Assembly (NCBI GenBank): GCA_026770705.1
Contig: JANJGN010000021.1
Location: 89,404,001 to 89,468,000 of the forward strand
Origin: Isurus oxyrinchus
Taxonomy: Eukaryota
Direction of reading: 5' to 3'
Length of the DNA: 64,000 nucleotides
Under the pieces are notes generated by a model. It was not told where the DNA came from, did not search any database, and was given only the letters and a program-made list of their open reading frames with translations. A program made the position numbers and the translations under genes. Positions 13,046 through 26,605 of the stretch are shown here, in pieces; position 1 is the first letter of the stretch, and each line of letters opens with the position of its first letter.

Positions 13046-13725
13046 GGGTGGAATTTTTCACTTAGAGTGCAGGCACGCGCCCGACATGCCCAAGCGGAAA
13101 TAGCGCATGATGATGTCAGGTGAGCGTCCTGGCATCATTGTGCACTTGCGTGATATTTCAGTTGGCGAGCGTGTGTGAGAGTCAGCAGCGCACCTGCCGA
13201 CAATTAAGAGGCCTATTATGACCATTAACATATTAATCAACCATAATTTTTGCTGCCCGTTCATTGTTATGTTTGGCTGGTGGGTGAATTGGCCAGGTGG
13301 CCTTTGCCTTTTTGAGGAAACCACATCCAAGGGTGGGATGAGGTTTCCGATATTAATTTTTTTTTTAAATTAAAATGTTTGCTCAGAATATATGTTCTGG
13401 TGACTGATTCTGATACATCGGCATTTTCCCCCAGTTTTACAATCTTTATTTGTGGCATTTAAATTCTTCAGCTCCCTGACCCTCTCTGCGTTCAGGGAGT
13501 TTTCTGTGAGCACTCCCCTGTGCCTGCGCTGACTTCATCGTTCGCCCTGCTCCCGCCCCAACCCCGGCAGCGCTGAGCCTTTCAGCGCACTTTTCATGCA
13601 AGCTGGCTGCTAATTGGCCAGCCAGTGTGAAATCACAGTTGGGGTCTGATCGTGGTCGGGGATCCATTCCTTGGCTGCTCGAGCCTGCCGATCGCGGGCA
13701 CCCACCGAACTAAAAATCATACCCT
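13046..13725. mobile_element. GC-rich Harbinger-type MITE
   Basis: Ends ggggtggaattttt...aaaaatcataccc; homologous to 21231-21914 and 52553-53174. Confidence 0.65.
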
Positions 13726-14099
13726 AGAATATTGATGCAGTATTGCTATACGCCAGTGTATTTGATAAACACTTTATCGCAGCAGAATTACAGTCTGCTG
13801 GACAACCAAGGGCTCCATTACTGCACAAGATCTGCAGCTACCTTTATCGCACCACTGAACACTAGAAAAGAAAAACTTGCTTGATAGGTGAACCCTCTTA
13901 CTTCTAGATCTGATTTCTCTTTTTTTTTCTACTTGAATCACATTATTGCAGTCCGTGCTTTTCCTGTTCTTGAAATCTCCAAATATTCTCTCAGCCTCTT
14001 TTTCCTATGCTCCTCCAGTAAAATGATTGATATGGAAGAGTAGAAGATTCAGGAGAGGAAACTTATGTGCACAAGACATTAAAATCAGCACCTCAAAGT

Positions 14100-14885
14100 A
14101 AATTAGGATGCATGAAAAACTAATGGAATACCAGGCTTTTGTGGCAAGAGGCACAGAATTAAAAGTTGAGATGTAATGGCGAATATATATAAAGCATCAA
14201 TGAGACCAGTTAAGAGTACTGTGCAGAATTTTAGTTCTACAGTCACTAAAGATGAAGAGGCAATAGAGTGAATACAACGCAAATTAACCATGGTGCTGTG
14301 TGGAGTGAGGAAATACCAAAACAAAAGACTTAAGGTTGAGATGTTTTTGTTAGAGCTGGAGATTTGTGTGTTTAAAGTTATCAAGGAATGGGAGAGTACA
14401 TAGAGGCAGATATTTGCAGCACTGTGTCCAATGACTCAAGGGTCTGGAATAAGGGGATATAAGATTAAAAGTAAGATACTTGAGACAGAGAGTAGGAAAA
14501 GCAATTGTCCACAGAGAGTAGTGAGACTATGAAATGTACTTCCAGAATTAGTGACTGAGTGAATGAAGCAGGGACCATAGAATGAATGTCATCAGGGCTG
14601 TGATGTCCACATATTATAATTTAGTCACATAGCTCTACGTGACTGAATATTGGTGGAGATGAAAGCCATAACTTTGATGGAGATTCAGTGGAAACAACGT
14701 TCTGCTGAAGTTGATTCCAAGGAAATTTAATCCCCATGCCAGCTTTTAGGAATAGGATAGAAAGATGTTTCAAGGGTAAAACAAGGATAGATACAGGAAC
14801 AGGGCGAGCATGTGGGATTAGGACTGCTGCTCATTCAGATAAACATTGATATGAATTGGTTTGACTGAATGGCGTATTTTGTCAC
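14100..14885 (+). mobile_element. Degraded CR1 LINE 3' fragment
   Basis: YKASMRPVKxYCAEF-like and VRLxNVLP-like motifs; CR1-type 3' end. Confidence 0.6.
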
Positions 14886-15851
14886 TGGTTCATAGAATTT
14901 CACACAAATCACAAAGGTTCAGTATGTTGTCTCCAAGTCTTAAATCACTCTTTTCCAGGACCTGAATAGCTCCTTCAGATTTCTCCTCCTCCTATAATGC
15001 CTACAACGTTGGTATCATCAAAATATTGCTTTCTGATATATCAAATCTTCTCCCCTTTCAACTTTGGTGCTGTCCTGAAATGCTTTCCTTGATGCTTCAT
15101 CTAGGTCTCTCAACAAAAATACTGCATTAACCCTTTCTCTACTTTAGCTTAGTACTGCGCTTGTGAAGTTTGTCTGAATTGAATGCTAATCTTAGGAAAT
15201 TTAGATCCAAACGTTGTGCTTTTTTTTTTGGAGTAGTGGAGCTGCAACATGTGACGAGGCCAAACAATTTTTTTTCCTTTAAAAAAAAAACTGGGTAACT
15301 AATGTCATGAGCATATCTTTTCTCCCAAATACAGCAGACACGGGTTACTACCTGGGTTGTATCAGTTCAAAAATGTAATCATTGTATCCAGTCCAAATTT
15401 TGCTTTACTTTGAATAATGGAGGACTCTCAAATCTCACAAATTAGCATTATTTTTTTGCAGAGATAAGGCTTAGGACTCTCTTTAATGATCACCAACATC
15501 CAGTCACATAGAATTATGTGACTAAATAAGCATAACTGGATTTTACACCCCTGATGACAGCATATGAATGAGCCTACATGCCACTATCACTGGGTGAGAC
15601 ATTGAAGTGACATGACAACATTTGTAGGGGTTTCCAATGGGAGCACAATCAGATTCAGCTAAGATGTTGTGTGGTTGCATTGCTAGAAAACACTCAGGTC
15701 TGGTAGTACAAAAAGTAGGCTCACTTGGATCAGCTTTTGATTGCCGGTTGTCTTCAGCACAGGAAAGATGGAAGGAAATTGGACAGAATTAATTTTTGTT
15801 TTTCAAAGTGCTTCCAAACATGGTTCCAACAGCAATTATTTTTATTCAAAG

Positions 15852-15925
15852 CTCCTAACACTGAAAGGACAAGTGAACCAGCACAGTACGCTGTAATCAG
15901 GAAACCGATCTGTGCCAGGGTCCAG
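15852..15925 (+). CDS. Gene A cytoplasmic exon with ITSM-like AQYAVI
   Basis: ttattcaaAG acceptor (phase 1) and CAG|GTTAGT donor (phase 0). Encodes (A)PNTERTSEPAQYAVIRKPICARVQ; its phase matches the terminal exon. Confidence 0.65.
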
Positions 15926-17787
15926 GTTAGTACAAGCAGCAAAGCCATGTTGGGTCTATCGCTATTATTTTTTTTGGTTCAAACTGGTTTATTTTCAAGA
16001 CAACTCCTCAGTGCTACTTCTAAGTAGCTTCCACACAAAGTGTTCCAGCTGTGTTATTCTCTACAGCCTTCGCTATGCTAACAATTGACTTCATCTGGCT
16101 ATTTTAATAGGGAAAAGCAACATTACTTAAAGCTGCAGATCACATTCAATTCAACTAACTCAAACATTTAGTAATGGAAGTGCCAATAGGATGTATCATG
16201 CAACAACTCCAAAGACACTGTGGGTTTCTAAAAGTAACACAAAGCTGTTGCTTCTTAATTTGCTTCCTTTTTCACAAGCATGAACTCTGTTCCCATACCT
16301 TGAGGGGTGGGGAGCGGGGGGGTTGTCTTTGAACACTCATCTCATACCTCATATTAGAAAAAAAGTATTTTATCTGACTACCAACATATAACTTCAACTT
16401 TTCCTGTCCCTTCCTATTTTATCTATGTTACTGTGGTGAGTTGCCCTCTGAACTTTCATCTTTTTCCTCCTAAGCTCCAATGAACTGGTCTTCCTCCTCC
16501 CTTTATCCTCACACTGTTATAATTCACACTCTTCTACTCTTAGCATTCTTTTTCAGAACCTGAATACTATGGAGCTCCCTTCATCACTCAGCCTTCATTT
16601 CCTCCTACAACCTATGTGAGAATAAAAACCAAAGATTGACATTATCTACCCAATACTTGCTGATGTACCTTGTCTTCCCTACTGCTCCTTTCAGTCATTG
16701 TGGGTTCTGGTCCTACATCTGGATTTCTTAGTGAACAATAACAAGATGGTACAAATGGCTTAAATCGCCTTTGTTTTTTTCAAACTCTTATTTTTCAGCC
16801 AGATTCTCCTCTGTCCTCAGTAAGACATTCAGCAGCCCAAGCATAGGTGGATAAGCTTCTCCCAGCTTCCGTCAACGTCACTTTAAAGTTCCTCCAGGTC
16901 ATACCTGAGAACTACCCACAATTAATATTCCATCTCATTTTCTTCCTTTCTGTCCTCTGAGGAAGAGTTTGTCCGTATCTCCTTGGGAAAGTTCTGCATC
17001 TCAATGTCAGTTGGTTGAAGGCTGGAGCCAGATTTTGCCAACTGTATGATACACTGTGCAAATTTTGACAATGGATTTCAGGTGCAACTCTTAACAAGAA
17101 TAATTATGGATCCACCATGCGTGGATTGAAGCACTCTCTAACAAACGGCAACCCTGCCGTGCATGCAGCTTTAAATATGACTGTGCTTTAAATATTTGCA
17201 GTGTCCTAAAGACATGCTTGTGTTCAGCTGAGAATTGTTCTCTGGCACCTATATCTGCTTTGCATTAACTCCAAAGTAAATTTTGGCAGTGCATTGTACA
17301 AACACTGTGCATACAAAGCAGTATTCTTCCTCAAATTCTGATGTGCACCTGGAGTTGCAGGAGCAATTAAAGATCAACTTTAGTGAGATATAAAGGGTGG
17401 AACTGGTAACTTGAGGTCTGCAGAAATGTTAGAACTGTCAAGTAAGCTGTTGTCTGCACAACAGAGACTGCTAGTGACAGGTGGGACGTCTCTGGTTCAT
17501 TCCATTTTCAAGGACAGTGCTAAATTCTACAGAATCTGTCTTGAACAACAGTTGTGTCACTGAGAAGGGAAAATTTATCTGACAGTCCACACTAAGCGCA
17601 CAGATTATTACTGATCTAACTACTTCCTATCATGATGAGGCCCTGATTCTTTTCAGTGCTGCCTCAACTCAGAATGCCTATTGTAAATTTGGCAAGATTT
17701 TACCATCCTACACTTCCCCCACCCATTTGGAGAGTTTTGGCTTAGAATCACTCTCAAGCAAGGGGGAGATTTAACATTCAAGATTTG

Positions 17788-17928
17788 TTCTTCCAAAGAG
17801 GAGTCATACTGGACTCAAAACATTAACTCTGCTTCCCTCTCCACAGATGCTGCCAGGCCTGCTCAGTTTTTCCTGCATTTTCTGTTTTTATTTCAGATCT
17901 CCAGCATCTGCAGTATTTTGCTTTTATA
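17788..17928 (+). mobile_element. Degenerate Penelope pseudo-LTR
   Basis: gagtcatactggactcaaaacattaactct...gatgctgccaggcctgct...gcagtattttgctttt, homologous to 35475-35611. Confidence 0.72.
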
Positions 17929-18649
17929 TTCTTTATCCTTTATCATAGGGTTGTTATTGTACTAATACTGATGTTGACACCTTCCATTGCTTCCCATCAT
18001 TTTGCAAGCTTCTACTATTGTCTTCTGAGTCAGAGGGTTTCCACTGCATTAACACTTATTTGCCAAATGCTATTGTCACATTCTTCTGATTTTTTCTTGT
18101 CTCTCCAGGCAATATCATCTTATTACTGCACCAATATTTTGGTAGTGCACCTTGACCAAGGTCTGCCTTTAACCAGGGCCAGTTCAAGAGATTTAAGTAC
18201 TGTTTGCATGATCTCCTGTATTAGCCCTGTACTTTGTTGCAGCAGCCAAGGACTGAAGGAACACTGGAACAAGAGTGAGCCATTCAGCCCTTCGAGCATG
18301 TTCTGCCATTCAGTTAAATCATGACAGATCTGTAATCTGAGCTGTTCTGCTCATGAAAAAAAACTGATGTCTAAAATGTTATACTTTGCCTTTACCTATT
18401 CCTTTACACGTGAAGTCTGATGGGTCATCACTTCAGTTATTTCGTTTTGGACCAATGAGTTCAATAAGAGTCTCTTTCTGTTACTCTTATACTGTAGGAG
18501 CAATATTAACCTGACCCACCTGTACGGAAATTGGCTAGACCAGTTGGAATGCTGGCAGACAGTTGAAGTCAGTGCAGAGTAATATTGAGCAGGGTGCAAA
18601 ACAAATGTTCCATTTGATTCCATGGGATTTCCCCTGGGGTATTAAGTTT

Positions 18650-18930
18650 AAATTCCCCTTATGTCTCTATTATTCTCTTGATGTCTGTTACTCCCCCTTT
18701 TCTGTCTTATTTTCAATTTTGTCTTCTGTGTTTTTTGCTGCTTTAATTATCTTGTGTCTGTTCTTCTTATTTGTTCTTTCTGGGGTTCTCTCTCTTACTC
18801 TCTCACTGTGCTCTGTTACTATCCTAATGATTTTTTTCTCTTGTTATTTTTCCACTTGTTTCTGTTATTTCTCGCCTATGGCTGTCCTGGTCATCCTCTG
18901 TCTGTCGCTCTCTCTTGCTGTCTGCTAAAG
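18650..18930 (+). repeat. TC-rich low-complexity tract
   Basis: Pyrimidine-rich sequence that produces spurious hydrophobic ORFs. Confidence 0.6.
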
Positions 18931-19780
18931 TCTAACTACTTCTATTTTTAATTCTGCTACTCGTTATTTTGCAAATCTAACTACACCAATATCAGAAAAT
19001 TGAGGCTTTACTTGAGTGAGAAACCACAAAGAAGCTTCTCATGTCAAGAGAAGGTAAATTTGAAGCGAAGCTATAAAGAATTCAAGCACATTTCATAATT
19101 GGTTCCTGTCAGCTTGGGTCTGGGCATGGGCTCTGCAGCACACTGTGGTCTGCCCCTTGGCTGTAGGATCAGCAGTGTGCTAGCACCATTTGATCTCACA
19201 ACAAGCGTGTTGGGTCTGACTAATAATATGTGACTGATCTGATAAGAACAAGAAAAGGTGAGAACAGTCAGTGCTTTTATAATTTATAAAACCACATTTT
19301 GATTAAGACACATTGAGAGGCCTTGTGGTTACTTCCTGTGTTCAAGCTATTCTAAATTTATTTCATTAGTATTTTTCCAAATTAAAATTAAATGTCACGT
19401 TGGTGAGCAATAAGGAAAAATTGGAGCTCCACCTACATCAGCCTGACATTTCAGAGTTCTCTCCATTAATACTTTGATGTTATGGAGATATATCTATGTA
19501 TATATATCCACAATGCAAAACTCCCTTTAAATTACCCTGCACTGCAGAGCTTCCTCTATATTCCTCACAGTACAGAGTTCCGCTGTAATACCATAGAGTG
19601 CAGAAAACCCTCTCCATGACCTTGACATTACCGAGCTCTCCTATATTGCGCCTCTGAGAGAACAATACGCTCCATTATCCTGATGCATTTATAAGATGTA
19701 TTCCAATTGTGAATCACGTAACTAAAAGTTCAACCTCTGATGTTAAACAACATATCGCACTGAAATTATTTTCTTTCAAG

Positions 19781-19963
19781 TCCCAGGGACATATATACCA
19801 ATTGGATGCAAACAAAAGGCAGCAAAGTCAAGGAGTTCAACTCACCACGATATATGATGAGATAAAATTCAACCCTGATGTGTCGACACCCAAGATGGTG
19901 ATGCAGAAAGGAGAGGAAGAAGTGCCAACGCCTGACTGTTATCTACAGCTACATAAAAGATAA
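19781..19963 (+). CDS. Gene A terminal coding exon with ITSM TIYDEI
   Basis: ttctttcaAG acceptor, phase 0 (alternative in-frame AG 6 nt downstream). Encodes SQGHIYQLDANKRQQSQGVQLTTIYDEIKF...DCYLQLHKR*; T-x-Y-x-x-I is the ITSM of SLAM-family tails. Confidence 0.8.
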   Translation, partial: SQGHIYQLDANKRQQSQGVQLTTIYDEIKFNPDVSTPKMVMQKGEEEVPTPDCYLQLHKR

Positions 19964-20527
19964 CAGCGGGCATGAACTGTGCCCAACAATTCCAGTAGTT
20001 GCTGCTCGTCGTGCTCTTGGTCTTACAGCTGACTTGGATTGGCTTGCTTGTGTGCAAAGGCGGCTCAATATTTGGGACTGAATGCAATGAGGGAAATACA
20101 AACAGAAAATATTGGAAATACACAGCAAGGCGGTCAGAATAAGGAAAGGAGAGAACGCTAGGTAAAACAAGGAGGATAGAGAAAGTGAGAAAATAGGTAA
20201 GGGCATGACTCAGATACAATACCATCTTATATTTAGAAAGCACCTTTTAAAGAAAGTATATATTGCAAGGCACTTCACAGATATACTGGATGATCATGCA
20301 AAGAAGCAGGTGACGAGTTAAACACCCTAGAGACAGAATTCATTAATGAGTCGGAGAGGTGTTATAGGTGAGCTGAAAACTGCTGTGTATTTCCACCATT
20401 TCCTGTGTTTATTTCTAAATTGTCAAAGTAGAGGAAAATACATTCAGTGTCTGCACATCCTGTTGATTACAATGAAGGAAGGGAGGAGCCACGTCATGGG
20501 CTGGGGAAAGTCCTAAGCACTCCATTT

Positions 20528-20533
20528 AATAAA
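20528..20533 (+). terminator. Candidate polyadenylation signal of gene A
   Basis: AATAAA about 565 nt after the stop codon; position only, no transcript evidence. Confidence 0.35.
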
Positions 20534-21230
20534 TAGCTGATGCATTATGTATTTCTCTAACTTGTCGTTGCCTTATGTAAGGAGACACTCTTTCTCTTTG
20601 CAGCTTGAATATGGCCAGGATTTTCCGGCCCCACTGCAGCGGCTCCTGCGGCGAGCCTTTCTAATCACCATTGACTTTGGCAGGACCAGGGCTGGAAAAA
20701 CCTCTCCTACGTTCCCATTGTCTTCCACTGTTTCACTGTGACAACAGTGGCATTTAGAAGCAGCTGCACATTCAACAAAAGAGGCTTTGTTGGTCTGATA
20801 CAGAAAAATTGATCCATAACAATGGTATACCATTAACCATATGTTACAGTACTGCAGAAAATACGCAGGACCGTATAATAGTGCCTTTAACTAGCTTTAA
20901 TTTTCTTTCCCCAACTCATTTGCTGACTGAAACTGAGTCACAACTTTTTAAATTAATATTGCTTCGATTTCAGAGTATCAGTGCCAAGATGGGTGTGTGT
21001 TTAGGTCAGTCATGTCTTTTCTAAGTTTTCCTTTGTTTTGTTTTTAGTATTTATTTTACCTCATCTCTCCTGAGGGCATTAACTCCTGTTGGAGCAGAGT
21101 TCCTGAGGCCCAGGCCATTCTTCAATATCTCACCCAAATGACTAGTTTTATTGTGTGAGACCAAAGAGTGAGTGTGGGTTATTTAGTAATACAGTAAATA
21201 TTAGCTTGTCCTCACTTAATGTTCACAAAT

Positions 21231-21914
21231 AGGCAGAAATTTGCCATCGGTGAGCAGGGGGCGGGGCCCGCTCGCCAACACGTAAAATGAAGTGGGATGA
21301 TGTTGGGCCTCATCCCGCCCCATTTAAATTTTCAGGAAGGCGGGGACGCGGCAAAACCAGCTGCAGGCCTGCCAACCTGTCAATAGCCAATTGAGGCCAT
21401 TGACAGGATCATTTAAACAATTAAAGGACCTGCCCATCTAACCTTAAGGTTGGCGGGCAGGCCAGGAGCCCCGGCAGCAATTAGAAAAAACATGAAACCT
21501 CATCCACCAGCGGGATGAGGTTTCATGCAGGGTTGTAAAAGTTTAATGAAGTTATAGTGTAAATTATGAACATGTCTGATCTCATGTGACATTGTCACAT
21601 GAGGGGGACATGTTAGGGAATTTTTTTTTCTATTTTTAATCTTTTTCAAAGTGGAAGCGATCTCCCGGAGGCTGTACTTTGCCTCAGGGCGATGTGCACT
21701 CTTTCGCACGCATGTGCGAAAGAGCGCACTCTCGCTTTTGGGGAATCCGCACAGGAAGCGCATAGCGCTTCCCGCCGGATGTCAGGCGGGGCAGGCCTTA
21801 ACTGGCCTGCCCACGTAAAATGGCGGTGCGGCCCGCTTCTCTGGCGGGGTTCAGCTCCCCGCCTGCCGGAGATTGGGTTGGGCTCGCCTGCCCGAGAGGC
21901 TAAAAATTCTGCCC
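21231..21914. mobile_element. GC-rich non-autonomous TIR element (Harbinger-type MITE)
   Basis: Ends GGCAGAAATTT...AAAATTCTGCCC; internal homology with 13046-13725 and 52553-53174. Confidence 0.7.
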
Positions 21915-22124
21915 ATGCACTTTTCAGCAGGGATCAGTGGATAGTGATCAGCAGTGGGAATATTAACTGACCTTTCCCTCCCAATTCACAAGTACCCAAG
22001 ATAATTATACCTACTGCTATCAGGCTGAGATTTGTTAAACCCTGATAGAACCAGATTGAACCTAGTCTGTACAGATTAGCAGCACAACAAACTGCGAATT
22101 GAGCCAGACCAAAAAGAAGCTGAC

Positions 22125-22430
22125 ACTGCCTTAACAGTCAATGAAGTAATTCTGAACTCCAGTCACTATTATAATGTAGGAAATACCACAGCTAATTTGC
22201 ACACAGCAACAGTTCTACAACAGCAGTAAGATATTGTGATGACCAATGTGTAATGTTATTTGAGGGGTAAATATTGACCAGGACACCAGGGAGGATTTCC
22301 TGCTCTCTTTTTTACATTCACTTGGGAAAGCAGATATCAGTTTAATGTTACAACTAAATGATGACACCACCAACAGCGCAGCACTCCCTCAGTATTGCAC
22401 TGATGTGTCAGCATAGATTTATATTCAAGT
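22125..22430 (-). mobile_element. Deu-domain SINE
   Basis: Reverse-complement homology to 3085-3400 (gcagcactccctcagtattgcactg; aatattgaccaggacacc). Confidence 0.65.
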
Positions 22431-22789
22431 TACGGTAAACTTTTATAAATCACTGGTTAGTCCTCAACTGGAATAGACCTTCTGGTGTCCAGGTAGTACC
22501 CCTGGAGATGTGTTGGGAAACCCCTCATAAGTCACAACGCAAAAGACTCTGCAGGAATTGCCTGGGAAGTTTCAACTTTCAATGGGCAATTCCCTTGCAT
22601 TCGAAACCTTTCAAAAAAGTCTTCAACTCTGAATTAGAGTTGGAGACTTAGGAGGGTTCCGACTCACTTACCTGCATAGTTATCCAGGAAATGTTACAGG
22701 TGGAAGAAAAAATCTAAGTCCTTGATAACTATACAACTGACCTTCCCCACCAACTCTCCACTCTCCCCTCCGCAACCCTCTGAACCCGC

Positions 22790-23020
22790 TCACCATCTGA
22801 CTCCCCTGTGATCTGACCTCACCACTTTGCCACCCTACTCAGTTGGCACCCTACCTGCCACATACCACGCTGCCACCCATCAACCTATCATCCATCACTT
22901 TGCCACATATCACCCTGTCACTCTATCCACCCTGCCACCTACCACATTGCCACCTGACACTCTAAACAGCTGGCACCCTACCACCCTGTCACCTTACGTC
23001 CTACCCACTTACCTCACTCA
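22790..23020 (+). repeat. Degenerate (ACCCTGCCACC)-like low-complexity tract
   Basis: Repeated accct/gccacc units. Confidence 0.6.
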
Positions 23021-24243
23021 TACTTGTTCACTAACATAGTGTGAAAGTTATCTAAAGGTCCCAAAGCTTTTCACTGTGTTAGTAAATGGAGACTTACAAA
23101 AATACGGCAGCTAGTACTGTAAAATGGGGCATGGCTTGGCTTCCCCTGAAGGTCCTGCCCTATGAGAAAGGACTCCAAGAACAGGCATGCTCTGCATTTC
23201 TGACGAGGCCCAGTTTGGAGGTTCAGGTGAGAAATGCAGAGCTCCAGCACTGTGTTAAAAAAAAAGGAGCAATGAGGGTGATCACCACTCCGATTTGGCC
23301 CACTGTGTTCCACTCCATGCACCTCACTTCAGGAAGGATTTCAAGGCCTTAGGGAGGGTGTAGAGGAGCTATACTAGAATGATATCAGGATTAAAAGATT
23401 TCAGGGAGACAGTAGAGATGCCGGGGTAATTCTCCCTAAAAATGAAAGGGGATTTAATAAGGGTGCTAAAAATTATGAGGGATTTTCATAGAGTACAAAG
23501 GAAGAAATTGTTTAGACTGGGAGGACAGTCTGTAACAAGACAGCACAGATTTAAGGGGCCAAGTTTTTGTCTTTGAGGCAGGAATTGGGAGACAGGAATT
23601 TTCCCAACTCCGCAATCCCACCTCTGTCCTGGCAGAGCCCAGCTAGCGTACTTTCATATCGAGGAGACAGGCACGGGTTGCAATCAGGGGTTGCCATCTC
23701 CCGAGGTGACAACAGAGGCAGGTGGATGATGAGGCTGGCAGGTTAGAAATTGCACTCCTGTTTATTGAGACATCAGTTTTTAATATGGTTGTTAGGCCCT
23801 CTACTCCTCACACCTTATCCTCCCCTCATATATCCCATGCCCTTCCATATCTCCTATGCTGCCTCCATATCTCCCATGCCTCTGATACCACACATGACTC
23901 CCCATGCCCAATCACCCAGTATGCACTAGGTACAAAACCAATGAACCATTTTACACTGGCAAGTCTTTGAAATGCTCATGAAATTAAAAAAAAATCAAAC
24001 GTTCAAAAATCCCTTCCAAAAACATAACCCATCTTACGTACTCATAAAACTGTCTACCAAACATAGGCTGTGAAAGTCTCATCCTCTTAACTTGTACAAA
24101 TAAACACACAGGCATTGAAAAACCTCTTCAAAGAAAGATTAAATCATTACAAGCTAATAGAATCATTGATTAAACAAAGCTAGCAGTCCCCTTAATGTTT
24201 TATAAACAGCACCCCACAGGGCTGAGTCCCTTCACCAGTCTTG

Positions 24244-24324
24244 GAGCTCAGCCAAGCATTCCTAATGAGGCCATCTGTTGACACATTTGTCAGATAGCCT
24301 CATTAATAATGCTTGGCTGAGCTC
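24244..24324. repeat. 81-nt imperfect palindrome / hairpin
   Basis: GAGCTCAGCCAAGCATT/AATGCTTGGCTGAGCTC (17 bp perfect), TAATGAGGC/GCCTCATTA, TGACA/TGTCA. Confidence 0.85.
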
Positions 24325-25439
24325 TAAGTTGGCTCATTTCCCAATTCTCAAGCCCGTGCTGCAGAGAAATGGCTTCCCAAAAATTTTTCCTTGTTTTTTA
24401 CTCCCTGTGCGCAATACTTTGGGAGATCTTTTACTGTGTGTGTAAAATATAAAAGGCTACATTAATGCAAGCTATTCCTTCTCAGGTTGTAAAATAGAAT
24501 GCCAGAGATAGCCACAATCACTTGCCTATGGAAGCTGTTTATTTTAACAAAGGATTCATTGAGAACAGATTTTCTTTGGTTCAAAGAAACTTAAGGAGTG
24601 AGTATTAAAATACAAATAAAGATGACAAGGTGTTAGCACCTGATTAAACACTGATCATCTATCCCAAGGCACATCTCTGCAGTCAGCAGCCAGAGTCCAG
24701 CACAACCATAAAAAGGAAAAGTGTTAAAAATGCATGAACTGCAGCGTAGGAGTCCTCCGCCAAGATCTGTGAGTCAGGAGGATCAGTTCTCCAACCCCTT
24801 CAGGGTTATCATTTGATGCTATTGTGCGATCAAGAGATCAGGTGTAGCACTGGATAATCACACAACGAGATTATCTCTATACGTAGTAATCCTGTGTGGC
24901 AATAAATGAAGTTTTGTTCTGTACACAGACTTTGAGGATTGCAAAGACAGTGGGTGGAATTTAATAGCTGTGGCGATGGCCCATACTGTTTTGAGTTACA
25001 TTTCATAACTCAGGGTTTTTTCTAATTAAAAACTGAAACCCAGTGACGTATGTAAGTAGTAGTTATGATGAGGTCGCAGTGGGACATGCACTTTACATGA
25101 TTTACGTGGCATCATAAGTCTGGGAAAAATTGAAGTATGCAAAATTGCTTTCAATTAACATTTTTTGAAGAAAGAATTGAACTCTAATGTTATATATATA
25201 GTTCCTAGAGGAGAGCCTAATGCAATGACCCTACTAGGAAATGGAAATGGGGAAAGTTCTAAAACAAGTAGCCAACCTGCAAAGCTGCTGGATGTGATAT
25301 GTGAGACCACTGGGTTTCAGGTTTTGCAAATGGTGGTTTACATCTAGATTATTAAACTGAAGTGAAGCAATGGTTGTTAATTGTATGCTAATAGAGTGTT
25401 TAATTGTATTCAAGTAGTGGTAATTCACGTGCTTTTTAA

Positions 25440-26430
25440 AAATTCATTCATGGGCTGGTGGTGGCGCTGGCTAGGCCAGCATTCATTGCCCATCTCTAAT
25501 TGCCCTCGAGAAGATGGTGGTGAACTGCCTTCTTGAAACACTGCAGTCCATGTGGTGTAGCTACACCCACAGTGCTATTAGGGAGGGAATTCCAGGATTT
25601 TGACACAGCAACAGTGAAGGAATGGCAATATATTTCCAAGTCAGGATAATGAGTGGCTTGGAGGGAAACTTCCAAGGGGTGGTGTTCCCATCTGTCTGCT
25701 GCCCTTGAAATTCTAGATGGTAGCGATTGTGGCTTTGGACAGTGCTGGCTAAGCCTCCTTAGTGAATTCTGGCAGTGCATTTTGTAGATAGTACACACTG
25801 CTGCCTCTGTGCATTGGTGGTGGGGGGAGTGAACGTTTGTGGATAGGGTGCCAATCAAGCAGCCTGCTTTGTCCTGTCAAGTTTCTTGAGTGTTGTTGGA
25901 GCTGCACTCATCCAGGCAAGTGGAGAGTATTCCATCAACTCCTGACTTGTGCCTTGTAGATGATGGACGAGCTTTGGGGAGTCAGGAGGTGAGTTACTTG
26001 CCACAGGATTCCTAGCCTCTGACCTGCTCTTGGAGCCATAGTACTTGTATGGCTTGTCCAGTTCAGTTTCTGGTCAATGGTAACTTCCAGGATGTCGATA
26101 ATTGGGGGATTCAGCGATGGTAATGCCATTGAATGTCTGGGGCAATGGTTAGATTCTCTGTTGCTGGAGATGGTCATTGCCTGGCGTTGTGCAGTGCAAA
26201 TGTTACTTACCACTTGTCAGCCCAGGCCTGAATATTGTCCAGGTTTTGCTGCACTTGGACATGGAATGTTTCAGTATCTGAGGAGTCATGAATGGTACTG
26301 AACGCTGTGCAACCATCAGTGAACATCCCCACTTCCGATCTTATGATGGAAGGAAGGTCATTGGTGAAGCAGCTGAAGATGGTTGGGCCTAGGATACTAC
26401 CCTGAGGAACTCCTGCTGTTATGCCCTGGA
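25440..26430 (-). mobile_element. CR1-group LINE family 1, 3' fragment
   Basis: ILEVTIDQKLNWTSH...IYKAQVRS; same 3' tail. Confidence 0.85.
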
Positions 26431-26605
26431 ACTCCTATAGAAACAGACTCAAACTATGTTTGTAATGTGTATCTCTGTAAATAAAAGCCTATGAGCATGT
26501 AAAGACTAGGCTCCAGATCTATCCTTCATTGCTTGACTCTCTAGAATGTGTAAAGAGTTTGCCATTCTCAATGACTACACATCAGAACAGGCTAAAAAAG
26601 GCATA

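Noticed and set aside
14019-14097. Extra cytoplasmic exon of gene A (EETYVH)
   Set aside because: From the good acceptor at 14018 all three frames hit stops; the alternative acceptor lacks a pyrimidine tract.
18563-18951. Multi-pass membrane protein ORFs
   Set aside because: Artefact of a TC-rich low-complexity intron tract; no family motif.
19869-20243. Antisense gene overlapping the end of gene A
   Set aside because: Hydrophobic translation of a purine-rich 3' UTR; no splice or homology support.
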